Position numbers and translations under genes: made by a program
The notes under the pieces: generated by a model
Seen by the model: only the letters and a program-made list of their open reading frames with translations
The model's database searches: none
Told to the model about the DNA's origin: nothing
NCBI GenBank assembly: GCA_034190545.1
Contig: JAXIOF010000002.1
Coordinates: 3,246 to 67,245 of the forward strand
Direction: 5' to 3'
DNA from: Candidatus Afararchaeum irisae
Lineage (GTDB): Archaea; Halobacteriota; Halobacteria; Halobacteriales; Afararchaeaceae
Length of the DNA stretch: 64,000 nt
Shown: piece by piece, positions 1 through 8,040 of the stretch
How the letters are laid out: each line of letters opens with the position of its first letter
How positions within the stretch are numbered: the stretch's first letter is position 1

Positions 1-370
1 CCTCCGACTGTGTCGCCATTCCTCCGTAGATGAAGGTTATGACCGTACTCACGGAAGTCGTTATACCCACATACTCCTCCGAGTTATGACCCGTTTTCTC
101 GGACTCAGTCCTTGACTCGTCTTTCCACATCGGCTTCCCGGCACTCGCCTCGTAGACGTACCCGAGGACAGACAGAGCGACCACTCCCGTGAACGCCACA
201 GCCAGAAGGCTCTCGAAGAACTCGTTGGTGACCGCACCTAGGAGAGCCACTAGTGGGAGTGTCCGGCTTCCCGCGAAAACCTGACCCGGAACGCTCCTCT
301 CTCTCTCGATGCCTATCAGACCACCGACACCCACTGCTACTACCAACTCGACAGCGAGGGGAAGAGCCAT
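1..370 (-). CDS. MgtC/SapB-like membrane protein, N-terminal part (the gene's 3' end runs past the window start)
   Basis: Absent from the ORF track because there is no stop codon in the window. A reverse-strand ATG at 368-370 opens the frame MALPLAVELVVAVGVGGLIGIERERSVPGQVFAGSRTLPLVALLGAV..., which stays open to position 1. The GLIGxERE and GxRT motifs plus hydrophobic helices resemble MgtC/DUF4010 proteins. Confidence 0.45.
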   Translation of the reverse strand, partial: MALPLAVELVVAVGVGGLIGIERERSVPGQVFAGSRTLPLVALLGAVTNEFFESLLAVAFTGVVALSVLGYVYEASAGKPMWKDESRTESEKTGHNSEEYVGITTSVSTVITFIYGGMATQSE

Positions 371-420
371 AAATACGTCTCGCATTTAAGAGGTATTAAG
401 CTTCGGCTAAGTATAGGCGG

Positions 421-1104
421 CTACACGAAGCTACTCAGTATATGAGCGACTGACGACACTGATCTCTCCCAGACTGAGAAGCCTGCGACTACGTTGAGTA
501 CTGTGTCTCCCGCGAAGAAGACGAAGAGAACTGCGCCCGCGTAATGCGCCTTCCTGACGTCGAACCTGTGGGAGAACCTGTGGAAGAAGAAGGCGTTTGC
601 TATGCTTACGGGAATTATAGCGAGCATCTCGCCCGCCCAGATAGCGGGATGAGCACCGTACTGAGCCGCGAGTCCTATCGTCACGACCTGTGTCTTGTCT
701 CCGAACTCTCCCGCAGCCATCATAGCGAATATAGGAAGGAAGCCGCCGAGGTAGTCGGGGACATCCCAGCCGAGAACTGAGACGTCGACGTCGTCGTAGA
801 CTTTCTCTGACTCCTCTGGGGTTCCCGATCCGGGGGCTGACCTGTATAGGAGGACTGCGAATACCACGAAGAGAGACGCGCTGAAGACGTCGAGGTAGAC
901 CTCGGGGAGAGCCCCCTTGAGCGCGTTTCCGAGGAGTATCTCTAAGGCTGTCCAGCCGGCGAAAGCGGTTCCGGCGGCGGAGACGACGACGACAGGGTTG
1001 TACCTCGTCGACAGACCCGCTATTATGAGCTGAACCTTCTCGCCGGGCAGAACCGCAAGCTGTGTCGTGAAGGCTATTACGAGTAGTGTTATCCAGTCTA
1101 TCAT
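421..1104 (-). CDS. UPF0016 (GDT1/TMEM165-type) putative Mn2+/Ca2+ transporter
   Basis: 227-aa polytopic membrane ORF. It carries two copies of the family motif E-x-G-D-K-[ST]-type: 'LPGEKVQLI' in the N-terminal half and 'GEFGDKTQVV' in the C-terminal half. It lies 7 nt downstream of the MntR-like gene on the same strand. Confidence 0.8.
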   Translation of the reverse strand: MIDWITLLVIAFTTQLAVLPGEKVQLIIAGLSTRYNPVVVVSAAGTAFAGWTALEILLGNALKGALPEVYLDVFSASLFVVFAVLLYRSAPGSGTPEESEKVYDDVDVSVLGWDVPDYLGGFLPIFAMMAAGEFGDKTQVVTIGLAAQYGAHPAIWAGEMLAIIPVSIANAFFFHRFSHRFDVRKAHYAGAVLFVFFAGDTVLNVVAGFSVWERSVSSVAHILSSFV

Positions 1105-1110
1105 CTCTGT

Positions 1111-1818
1111 CTATGTGCGTGTCTCGGTTTCCTGACTTCGGTTAGAAGACGTCGGCTCCGTGGTCTCACTCACGTAGATTCTCTCGGCTATCTCCTCGGG
1201 GAGTGACTGTTCTCCCTCGCCCTCGACGTCGACTACTACCATACCTATGGGAGCCACCTCGACTACAGTCACCACGGTTCCCGGGACTATACCAGCCTCT
1301 GAGAGGTACCGGAGCTTCTCCTCGTCCCTGTCGCTGACCCGCTCAACTAAGACGGTTTCGTCCTCCGAAGCCGCAGAGAGTGGCTGAGTCCCCTTCTCGG
1401 CGAGAGGATCGAGGCTCTCGGTCGGAATCGGGTCTCCGTGGGGATCGACCTCGGGGTCGTTGAGTGCCGAAGCCACCCTTCTCTCGAACTCCTCGCTGAT
1501 ATGGTGTTCCAAGACGTCCGCCTCGTCGTGTACCTCGGTCCACGAGTAGTCGAGGTACTCCGACAGGAAAGTCTCGAGGAGCCTGTGGTGGCGTAATGTC
1601 TCGAGAGCAACACCTCTTCCCTTCTGGGTGAGCTTCACGCCCTTGTACTTCTCACGGTCTATGAGATCCCTGTCCTCTAGTTTCTCCATACTACTCGTCA
1701 CCGTCGGGGACGTCACCCCGAGGTGGTCGGCTATCGAAGACGTCTTGACGCGTGAGCCTCTCGTGTCTTCGAGTTCGTAGACAGCCTTGAGGTAGTCCTC
1801 CATAGATGCACTTATCAT
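1111..1818 (-). CDS. DtxR/MntR-family metal-dependent transcriptional repressor with a C-terminal FeoA/SH3-like domain
   Basis: The N-terminus MISASMEDYLKAVYELEDTRGSRVKTSSIADHLGVTSPTVTSSMEKLEDRDLI...KGVKLTQKGR..LRHHRLLETFL is the classic DtxR/MntR wHTH plus dimerisation-helix pattern. The tail (VLVERVSDRDEEKLRYLSEAGIVPGTVVTVVEV) looks FeoA-like. An alternative start is Met6, at 1803. Confidence 0.85.
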   Translation of the reverse strand: MISASMEDYLKAVYELEDTRGSRVKTSSIADHLGVTSPTVTSSMEKLEDRDLIDREKYKGVKLTQKGRGVALETLRHHRLLETFLSEYLDYSWTEVHDEADVLEHHISEEFERRVASALNDPEVDPHGDPIPTESLDPLAEKGTQPLSAASEDETVLVERVSDRDEEKLRYLSEAGIVPGTVVTVVEVAPIGMVVVDVEGEGEQSLPEEIAERIYVSETTEPTSSNRSQETETRT

Positions 1819-1827
1819 ATAAATTAT

Positions 1828-1841
1828 TTAGACGCGTCTAA
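1828..1841. promoter_or_regulatory. Perfect 14-bp palindrome TTAGACGCGTCTAA, candidate MntR/DtxR-type operator
   Basis: It lies 10 nt upstream of the repressor gene's ATG (1816-1818) inside an AT-rich promoter-like stretch. A related 12-bp palindrome, AGAGACGTCTCT, lies at 1881-1892. Confidence 0.4.
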
Positions 1842-2096
1842 TCATAAGTATTCTGGAGACTAAACAGATGTCGTCATGGAAGAGACGTCTCTCCTCGGGT
1901 TCTGTTCTATCTCGAATGTGGGGGGAAAGCAATAGGACACGCCGGCTGACTTTGGGTTTATCGAGGTGGGGTTTGGGGAAACTTCTCGAATCTATGCCGG
2001 CAGTTAACTATTAAACTCTATACATACTAAAACTACTGTCCGAGGTAATTCTTGGAGCCAAGACACGAAAATCGGATATTCTTGCCTCTACCCCAG

Positions 2097-3569
2097 TTAC
2101 ACTCCGTATATCTCGCCGAACTTCTCCTCGGCGTACTCGACGAAGGGATCGACGTTGAGGTCGTCGCCCGTGACGCGTCTGATGAGGTCGTCAGTCTCGT
2201 ACCGCTTGCCGTGTCGGTGTATCTCTTCCTTGAGCCAGTCCCTGAGGTGTGAGAAGTTGCCTCGGCTTATCTTACCATTGAGGTCTTCTATCTCGTCGTC
2301 GGCGGCGTCGAAGACCTGTGCGGCGAGGACTGAGCCGAGCGAGTAGGTCGGGAAGTAGCCGAAGCTTCCGTGTGACCAGTGTATGTCCTGGAGACAGCCC
2401 TCGGCGTCGTTCTCGGGTCTTATTCCGAGGTACTCCTCGACCTTGTCGTTCCAGATCCCAGGGACTTCGTCGACCTCTATCTCTCCACGTATCAGGTCTT
2501 TCTCTATCTCGAACCTCAGTACTATATGCATATGGTAGGTGAGTTCGTCCGACTCGACACGTACTGGATGGGGAGAGACCTCGTTGACCGACCGGTAGAG
2601 GGCACCGGGAGAGACTTCGGTCTCCAGGGTTTGGTTCAGCTTAGGCGCGAAGTAGTCCCAGAAGGCGCGCGACCGCCCGACGTGGTTCTCCCAGAGGCGC
2701 GACTGTGACTCGTGTACTGTGAGGTCACGCGCCTCCGACAGGGGTGTTGCATAGCCTTCGTCGGGTAGACCCTGTATGTAGAGGGCGTGTCCCATCTCGT
2801 GTATAGTCGACATAAGCGCGTCGAGCGGATTAGTGAACCTCGTGGTCACCCTCGCGTCGAAGGTGTTGCCCGACGTGAACGGATGGGGCGAGGTGTCGAG
2901 CCTCCCACGCGAGAAGTCGTACCCCATCTCTTCGAGAGCCGTCTCGGCGATCTCCCTCTGTCTCTCGTCGGTGTACTCCGACCCAAGCACCTTCTCAACC
3001 TCGACGTCGGAGTCTCTTATGTCGTCGATGAGAGGCTTGATCGAGTCCCTGAGGTTAGTCAGGACTCTCTCAGCGGTTTCGAGGTCGATGTAGGGCTCGA
3101 AGTCGTCGAACAGAACTGCGTAGGGGTCTCTGTCGGGATCTATCTCCTCGGCGTACTCCCTCTTGAGTTCGACGAGCCTTTCGAGAGTCGGCGCGAACTC
3201 GTCGAAGTCGCTCTTCTCACGCGCCTTCTTCCAGACGGGATGTGCGCGCGAAGAGGTGTCTGATATCTCCTCGACGAGTTCGTCGGGAACCTCGACCGAC
3301 CTCGTGTACTCGCGTTGAATCTCCCTCACGACTGCTTCCTCGTCTTCTCCGTTCGGCTTGACGGAGTCGAGGATCTCCCCCGTCTCGTCGTCGGTGAGTA
3401 TCTCGTGTTTGATCGACGAGAGAGTCGAGAGCTCCTGTGCGCGCGCCTCGACACCCTTCTCGGGCATCATGACTTCCTGATCCCAGTTGAGCACCGACGA
3501 CGCGTTCTCGACGTTACGTATACGTCTCACCCTCTCGACGAGGTCGTCGTATTCGTGTTCCATACTCAC
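2097..3569 (-). CDS. Carboxypeptidase Taq-type metallopeptidase (family M32)
   Basis: 490 aa with the HExxH motif 'HEMGHALY' and the C-terminal 'IHWSHGSFGYFPTYSLG' block typical of M32 carboxypeptidases. Confidence 0.9.
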   Translation of the reverse strand: MSMEHEYDDLVERVRRIRNVENASSVLNWDQEVMMPEKGVEARAQELSTLSSIKHEILTDDETGEILDSVKPNGEDEEAVVREIQREYTRSVEVPDELVEEISDTSSRAHPVWKKAREKSDFDEFAPTLERLVELKREYAEEIDPDRDPYAVLFDDFEPYIDLETAERVLTNLRDSIKPLIDDIRDSDVEVEKVLGSEYTDERQREIAETALEEMGYDFSRGRLDTSPHPFTSGNTFDARVTTRFTNPLDALMSTIHEMGHALYIQGLPDEGYATPLSEARDLTVHESQSRLWENHVGRSRAFWDYFAPKLNQTLETEVSPGALYRSVNEVSPHPVRVESDELTYHMHIVLRFEIEKDLIRGEIEVDEVPGIWNDKVEEYLGIRPENDAEGCLQDIHWSHGSFGYFPTYSLGSVLAAQVFDAADDEIEDLNGKISRGNFSHLRDWLKEEIHRHGKRYETDDLIRRVTGDDLNVDPFVEYAEEKFGEIYGV

Positions 3570-3623
3570 GATAGCTTCCCCCGAATAATAGGATTTATCT
3601 TACTCGCGTAACAAATTCGTCGT

Positions 3624-3908
3624 ATGTCTGAAGATGAGACTAAGGGGAACGTAACGCGTAGCGCGGGACGTTTCGGAGCGCGTTACGGACGCGTGGCTCG
3701 GAAACGCGTCGCCGACATAGAGGACGAGATGAACAAGAACCACGAATGTCCCGACTGTGGTGCCGAGAAGGTCAGCCGTACCGACACCGGGATCTGGGAG
3801 TGCGGCAAATGTGGATACCGTTTCACCGGAGGAAGCTACCAGGTCGAGACACCCGCTGGAAGACGTGCGGAGCTATCGATAGACGAAGCCGTAGAAGAAC
3901 AGAACTAA
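3624..3908 (+). CDS. rpl37ae: 50S ribosomal protein L37Ae (eL43)
   Basis: GRFGARYGRVARKRV...CPDCGAEKVSRTDTGIWECGKCGYRFTGGSY: a zinc ribbon and basic N-terminus typical of eL43. Confidence 0.9.
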   Translation: MSEDETKGNVTRSAGRFGARYGRVARKRVADIEDEMNKNHECPDCGAEKVSRTDTGIWECGKCGYRFTGGSYQVETPAGRRAELSIDEAVEEQN

Positions 3909-3924
3909 TCTAATCTGATCCACA

Positions 3925-4059
3925 ATGGCATACAGATGCGCGCGCTGTAAGAGGAGTATAGAGCTCGAGGGAAGAAGTAGCGTGCGCTGTCCCTACTGCG
4001 GTCACCGTATACTTCTCAAGGAGCGCGGTGGCGGAATCAAGAAGGTCGATGTCCACTGA
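3925..4059 (+). CDS. rpoP: DNA-directed RNA polymerase subunit P (Rpo12/RpoP)
   Basis: Absent from the ORF track because it is under 60 aa. My own translation gives [44 protein letters not shown]. It has a CxxC...CxxC zinc ribbon, is 44 aa long, and sits in the conserved position after rpl37ae. Confidence 0.8.
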   Translation: MAYRCARCKRSIELEGRSSVRCPYCGHRILLKERGGGIKKVDVH

Positions 4060-4336
4060 GACCGAGAGCGACCCGAAGACACACAGCTTATCTGTAACTC
4101 TGGAGGACTCCGACGTCCACCTCGAATCTGTCTACCGATCCCTTCTTCCCGAGGTGGGCGACATCGACGGTGACTCGGAGACGGCTGTCGAGTACGACAC
4201 CGACGGTGACTTTCTGAGAATAGAAGTCGAAGCCGACAGCCTGACTTCTCTGAGAGCCGGACTCAACACGTGGCTACGTCTCGCACGTACCGCGAATGAG
4301 GCTCTGACCCTACCCGGCTCCGAAACTGAATCTTAA
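4049..4336 (+). CDS. KEOPS subunit Pcc1-like protein
   Basis: Small acidic protein (...[23 protein letters not shown]...[32 protein letters not shown]). The position between rpoP and prefoldin beta and the 'LRAxLNxxLRL' helix resemble archaeal Pcc1. I chose the ATG at 4049, which overlaps the rpoP stop (ATGTCCACTGA), over the track's GTG at 4028. Confidence 0.55.
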   Translation: MSTETESDPKTHSLSVTLEDSDVHLESVYRSLLPEVGDIDGDSETAVEYDTDGDFLRIEVEADSLTSLRAGLNTWLRLARTANEALTLPGSETES

Positions 4337-4375
4337 CCAGTACTCTTTTCAACTTTCCACCCACTCTTTACGTCC

Positions 4376-4762
4376 ATGGATCAAGCACTTCCGCCCGAGG
4401 CTCAGGAGAAGCTAGAGAAGATACAGGAGTTACAGGAACAGATCGAACAGATCTCGGTACAGAAGGCAGAGTCTGAGAAGGAGATAGACGACACAGAGAG
4501 AGCACTCGAAACCCTCCGCGAGACAGACGAGGGCACAGAGGTTCACCGCTCTGTCGGCAACGTCATGGTCAAGGCTGACAGACAGGAGACGATAGACGAG
4601 CTTGAGGAGAAACAGGAGAGCCTCGAAGTACGTATAGAGTCGCTCAAGAAGAAGGAGGAGAAGGCAGAGGAGCAGTTCGAGAACCTCCAGGAAGACCTCC
4701 AGCAGATGCTCGGAGGAATGGGCGGAATGATGGGCGGCGCGGGCGGTCCCGGCGCTCAGTAG
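4376..4762 (+). CDS. pfdB: Prefoldin beta subunit
   Basis: Coiled coil, then a beta hairpin (VHRSVGNVMVKADRQETIDELEEK), then coiled coil. This is the typical prefoldin beta architecture. The tail is Gly/Met-rich. Confidence 0.85.
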   Translation: MDQALPPEAQEKLEKIQELQEQIEQISVQKAESEKEIDDTERALETLRETDEGTEVHRSVGNVMVKADRQETIDELEEKQESLEVRIESLKKKEEKAEEQFENLQEDLQQMLGGMGGMMGGAGGPGAQ

Positions 4763-4792
4763 ACGTAGAGTAGACACGGCTCTTCTACTTCG

Positions 4793-5793
4793 TTAATTAG
4801 CTAAAATCCGTCTCAGTTCCTCGATGTACTCTTCGTACGAGTATCCGAGGCGCGAGAGCCAGACGTCCTGGTACGAGGGATGTAGAACCGGTACGACTCT
4901 CACGCCGAGCGAGTCACAGTCGACGGCTTCGAGGACTGAGTCGACGAATCCGTCTAACTCCATTCCCTCCTTTTCGAGGACGAGACTCGTCGAGTGTTTC
5001 CCTGTCGTGACGACTACCTCTGGATCTATATAGAATAGCGAGAGTACCCCGAAGCTTGACTTCGGGGGTGAATCGCGTCGGAATGTATAAGTAGTATTAA
5101 CAACAATATTGTAGTACGGCAGTTTGGTATAGGGCTTACTGCCTTATCAACAAACAGCAAACCCTGATGTATAGCCTTAATACACGGGCGATAATACGTG
5201 GACTGGATCGAAAGGTCCGAAGGTAAGCCAAATTCCCCGTATGGGGAGGATGGTCTAGTGGCAAAGTGGACTTGTCTCTAAGCAAAGCTTAGAGGCTAAC
5301 GAAGCTCCGCTTCGTGATGCCGTAGAGAATAAGACCCACCCATAGTAGGTGTCTGAGGTAGACTTCTCTAGAAGCCTCGGAGCTTGACTCCGAGGTAGTT
5401 CACCCCGTCTATCTCGTCCTCAAGATGTCTCCAGCAGTTTTCGAGTTCGTCGCGCGCAGGCTCACGGTTCGAGTCACCGTCCTCTTCCTCGGGGAAACAC
5501 TTGACAGCGTTCGTGTAGTAGACGTCCTCGGCGTCGACACCAGCGTCCTCGATAAGCTCACGCACCTTCTGTCCCGAGTGGCGCGAGGTGTAGGCGAGAC
5601 CCGTCCAGTTGCCCCCTCTCCATCTCTCGGCGTCGGGGTCTCCCTTTCCGGGTGCCTCACCCACGACGATCACTCTTGCGTCTTCGGCTCCGTTGCCCCA
5701 CGAGATACAGCTGCGCGACTCGACGAGTGACGCACATCTCTCACAGCCCTCTTCTAGGACGTTTCTCGTCCTCGGATCGGGAAAGTCGGGCAT
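4793..5793 (-). pseudogene. Family-4 (Fe-S) uracil-DNA glycosylase interrupted by a 374-bp non-coding element. The two intact halves are 5399-5793 and 4793-5024.
   Basis: The N-terminal half (the track ORF 5368-5793) has CERC..., the 'VVGEAPG' motif, 'AVKCFP' and 'ENCWRHL'. The C-terminal half has no Met and so is absent from the track. My translation gives (I)DPEVVVTTGKHSTSLVL...VVPVLHPSYQDVW...RRILAN*, with stop at 4793-4795, and it carries the HPS motif. Neither half has a frameshift or an internal stop. Confidence 0.85.
5025..5398 (-). mobile_element. Hairpin-ended non-coding element, copy A (IS200/IS605-derived PATE-like or intron-like), inserted in the UDG gene and co-oriented with it
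   Basis: Sense-strand 5' end: CTA-CCTCGGAG-TCAAG-CTCCGAGG-CTTC. Sense-strand 3' end: ACGCGATTCAC-CCCCGAAG-TCAAG-CTTCGGGG-TACTCTCCGCTATTCTATATAGA. Plus-strand hairpin coordinates are 5375-5395 and 5048-5068. The interior holds many short stem-loops, for example CTCTAAGC-AAA-GCTTAGAG, GAAGC-TCC-GCTTC, CCCC-GTAT-GGGG and GGCAGT...ACTGCC. The ends match copy B at 34878-35298. The exact boundaries are inferred. Confidence 0.65.
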
Positions 5794-5794
5794 C

Positions 5795-7102
5795 TTAGTT
5801 CTTGACCGAATGTATCGGAGCGGGTATACGTCCGCCTCTCTGCACGAAGTCGGCGCTCGAACTCTCCGAGACCTCCATCACGGGAACCTCACCCAAGAGA
5901 CCACCGAGCTCTATACTGTCGCCCTCGACGCCTCCGGGTATGACACGTACGCCTGTCGTCTTGTTGTTGACTACTCCTATCGAGCATTCGTCGAGTATTA
6001 TACCTGCGAGCTTGTCGGTCGTCGTAGACTCGGGTACTGCGAACATGTCGAGTCCCACGCTACAGACACTCGTCATAGCTTCGAGCTTTTCGAGTGACAG
6101 GTCTCCTTCCTCCACCCTGTGTCTCATCGTACTGTCCTCGCTCACGGGTATGAAAGCCCCTGATAGACCTCCGACGTACGATGACGCCATCACGCCGCCC
6201 TTCTTGACGGCGTCGTTGAGGAGTGCGACCGCCGCCGTAGTTCCGTGTGCTCCCACGGTTTCGAGACCCATCTCCTCGAGTATGTCGGCGATCGAGTCCC
6301 CGACTGCGGGCGTCGGAGCGAGTGAGAGGTCGATTATGCCGAACTCAGTATCCATCCTCTCCGCGGTCTCCCTTCCTATCAGATCACCCGCACGCGTAAT
6401 CTTGAAAGCGGTTCTCTTTATCCTCTCTGATACCTCTCCGAGGTCTCCCTCGTAGCCCTCGAGTGCCGAACGGACGACCCCGGGACCCGATATTCCGATG
6501 TTGAGTGCTGTCTCGGGCTCTCCCTCTCCGTGGAAGGCTCCCGCCATGAAAGGGTTGTCGGGAGGAGCGTTAGCGAATGTAACCAGACGTGCCGCTGCCT
6601 CGGGACTCCTCTCGGCGACATCGTGGACTGTCTCTCCCATTATACGTGCCGCCTCGGCGTTTATACCCGACTTCGTCGTAGCTATGTTGACGCTAGAACA
6701 GACGCGTTCGGTCGAGTCGAGTGCCTCGGGAAGCGACTCTATGACAGTCTTGTCGCCCTCAGTGAACCCTTTCTCGACTAGAGCACCGAAGCCTCCCAGG
6801 AAATCCACTCCTATCTCGTCTGCGGCGTCGTCGAGTGCGCGCGCGACATCGACGGGGTTCGAGTCGTCTAAGACAGATCCCACGGGAGTAACACTGACAC
6901 GTTTGTTGACTATCGGGACGCCGTACTTCGACGATACCGCCTCCGCCTCGTCGACGAGCGAGCCGCCTTCCTCTACGACCCTGTCGTATACGTCGTCGGG
7001 GTCGTCCGACCTCAGACGTATCCCGAGTGTCACGGTACGTATGTCGAGCATGTCGTCGTCGACCATCTCGACTGTCTCGATTATCTCGTCGCTGCTGAAC
7101 AT
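5795..7102 (-). CDS. UPF0210 (DUF711, PFL-like) family protein
   Basis: 435 aa. The N-terminus ...MLDIRTVTLGIRL... and overall Gly/Ala-rich pattern are typical of UPF0210. Confidence 0.75.
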   Translation of the reverse strand: MFSSDEIIETVEMVDDDMLDIRTVTLGIRLRSDDPDDVYDRVVEEGGSLVDEAEAVSSKYGVPIVNKRVSVTPVGSVLDDSNPVDVARALDDAADEIGVDFLGGFGALVEKGFTEGDKTVIESLPEALDSTERVCSSVNIATTKSGINAEAARIMGETVHDVAERSPEAAARLVTFANAPPDNPFMAGAFHGEGEPETALNIGISGPGVVRSALEGYEGDLGEVSERIKRTAFKITRAGDLIGRETAERMDTEFGIIDLSLAPTPAVGDSIADILEEMGLETVGAHGTTAAVALLNDAVKKGGVMASSYVGGLSGAFIPVSEDSTMRHRVEEGDLSLEKLEAMTSVCSVGLDMFAVPESTTTDKLAGIILDECSIGVVNNKTTGVRVIPGGVEGDSIELGGLLGEVPVMEVSESSSADFVQRGGRIPAPIHSVKN

Positions 7103-7157
7103 AGCTAAGAGACTGTCCCGAACGACAAAAAACGACCCCTATCTTGCTTACTCAAAT

Positions 7158-8024
7158 CTACTCGACCCAAGTCTTCGCGAACGAGTCGAAGAAGTCGTCT
7201 CCGGTATTCACGACGACGTGGCGCGCGAGTACCTCGTCGGATATCTCGTCTATACTGCTTATGTGGTTCTCGAGACGGTTCTGGTAGGTCGTCTTGAGTC
7301 TGTTACTGAAGTAAGTACGTAGACTCGTGTCGGACTCTAGAGCCTCGAATATCGTGTCCCCCCTCGCAGGAAGCTCGCGCTCGTCGGGTGCTATGACGTG
7401 TGCGAGTGTGACGTCGTGTTTGGCGAGAGCACTCAGACCCTCGGCTATACCGTCTGTGTCACCGAGGAAGTCGCTGGCTACCAGGACGAGAGACTTCGAC
7501 CCTATGGTCGACTCGTACTCCTCGAACGACTTCCGGAAATCAGTCTCGCCTTCGAGGTCTTCGCCCTCCTCGTTGAGTAGGTCTATGAGACGGAGTATCT
7601 CTCCCCTGTTCGAGCCTCCTGTGTCGAGCCTCTTGAATCCGTCACCGAACACAGATACTCGGAAGTCGTTGTTCTCGTCGGCGGCGAGGTATGCGAATCC
7701 GAGACCTATCTTGGCGGCGTACTCGAACTTGTTGTCGTCGCCCTCGCCGAAGTCCATCGAACGGCTCGCGTCTATGAGGACGTGTATGGTGAGGTTCCTC
7801 TCCTCCTCGAACTGCTTTATGTAGAGCTCCTCGGTTCGGGCGTAGACTCGCCAGTCTATGAGACGTGTGTCGTCGCCGGGCGTGTAGTTGCGGTAGTCGC
7901 TGAAGGTCAGACCCTCACCTAGCTCCTTCGACTCCTGTTCGCCCTGGAATATCGAGTTGACCTCCTTCTTGAGAGCGGCGTCGAACCGCGCGAGTTCGTC
8001 GAGGAAGTCGGGCTGTATTGCCAT
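7158..8024 (-). CDS. DUF58 domain protein (vWA-like partner of MoxR)
   Basis: FSDYRNYTPGDDTRLIDWRVYARTEELYIKQFEEERNLTIHVLIDASRSMDFG is the DUF58 signature. The gene lies directly downstream of the MoxR ATPase. Confidence 0.85.
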   Translation of the reverse strand: MAIQPDFLDELARFDAALKKEVNSIFQGEQESKELGEGLTFSDYRNYTPGDDTRLIDWRVYARTEELYIKQFEEERNLTIHVLIDASRSMDFGEGDDNKFEYAAKIGLGFAYLAADENNDFRVSVFGDGFKRLDTGGSNRGEILRLIDLLNEEGEDLEGETDFRKSFEEYESTIGSKSLVLVASDFLGDTDGIAEGLSALAKHDVTLAHVIAPDERELPARGDTIFEALESDTSLRTYFSNRLKTTYQNRLENHISSIDEISDEVLARHVVVNTGDDFFDSFAKTWVE

Positions 8025-8040
8025 TCTACTATCTCTACTC

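Noticed and set aside
4824-5033. 69-aa plus-strand ORF
   Set aside because: It lies antisense to the well-conserved C-terminal half of the UDG gene (…VVVTTGKH…VLHPSY…) and has a non-acidic, Ser/Thr-rich composition.
5230-5340. tRNA-like string GGATGGTCTAGTGGCAAAGTGGAC inside element copy A
   Set aside because: It cannot be folded into a cloverleaf. The would-be anticodon arm is an 8-bp stem with a 3-nt loop (CTCTAAGC-AAA-GCTTAGAG), and there is no T-arm GTTCRANYC or matching acceptor stem. The resemblance is limited to a D-loop-like GTCTAGTGG.
5025-5398. Canonical archaeal bulge-helix-bulge (BHB) intron, hammerhead ribozyme or group II intron
   Set aside because: I could not draw a 3-nt bulge / 4-bp helix / 3-nt bulge motif across the two junctions. 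There is no CUGAUGA...GAAA hammerhead core. There is no GUGYG...AY group II signature, and the length is too short for group II. A group I-like fold cannot be excluded by eye, so it is left as an open alternative in the findings.
5021-5412. Alternative model for element A: a 5-bp target-site duplication ATAGA (and ATAAA for copy B), with GGGGTGAA as part of the element
   Set aside because: Removing the element plus one ATAGA copy would give ...EIDPEVVV..., which is 3 residues shorter than the spacing I recall in family-4 UDGs. For copy B this model would delete the conserved RtcB C-terminal ...KG-stop. AT-rich 5-mers recur easily by chance. The model with insertion 3' of GTGAA and an element ending in TAGA restores both genes cleanly.
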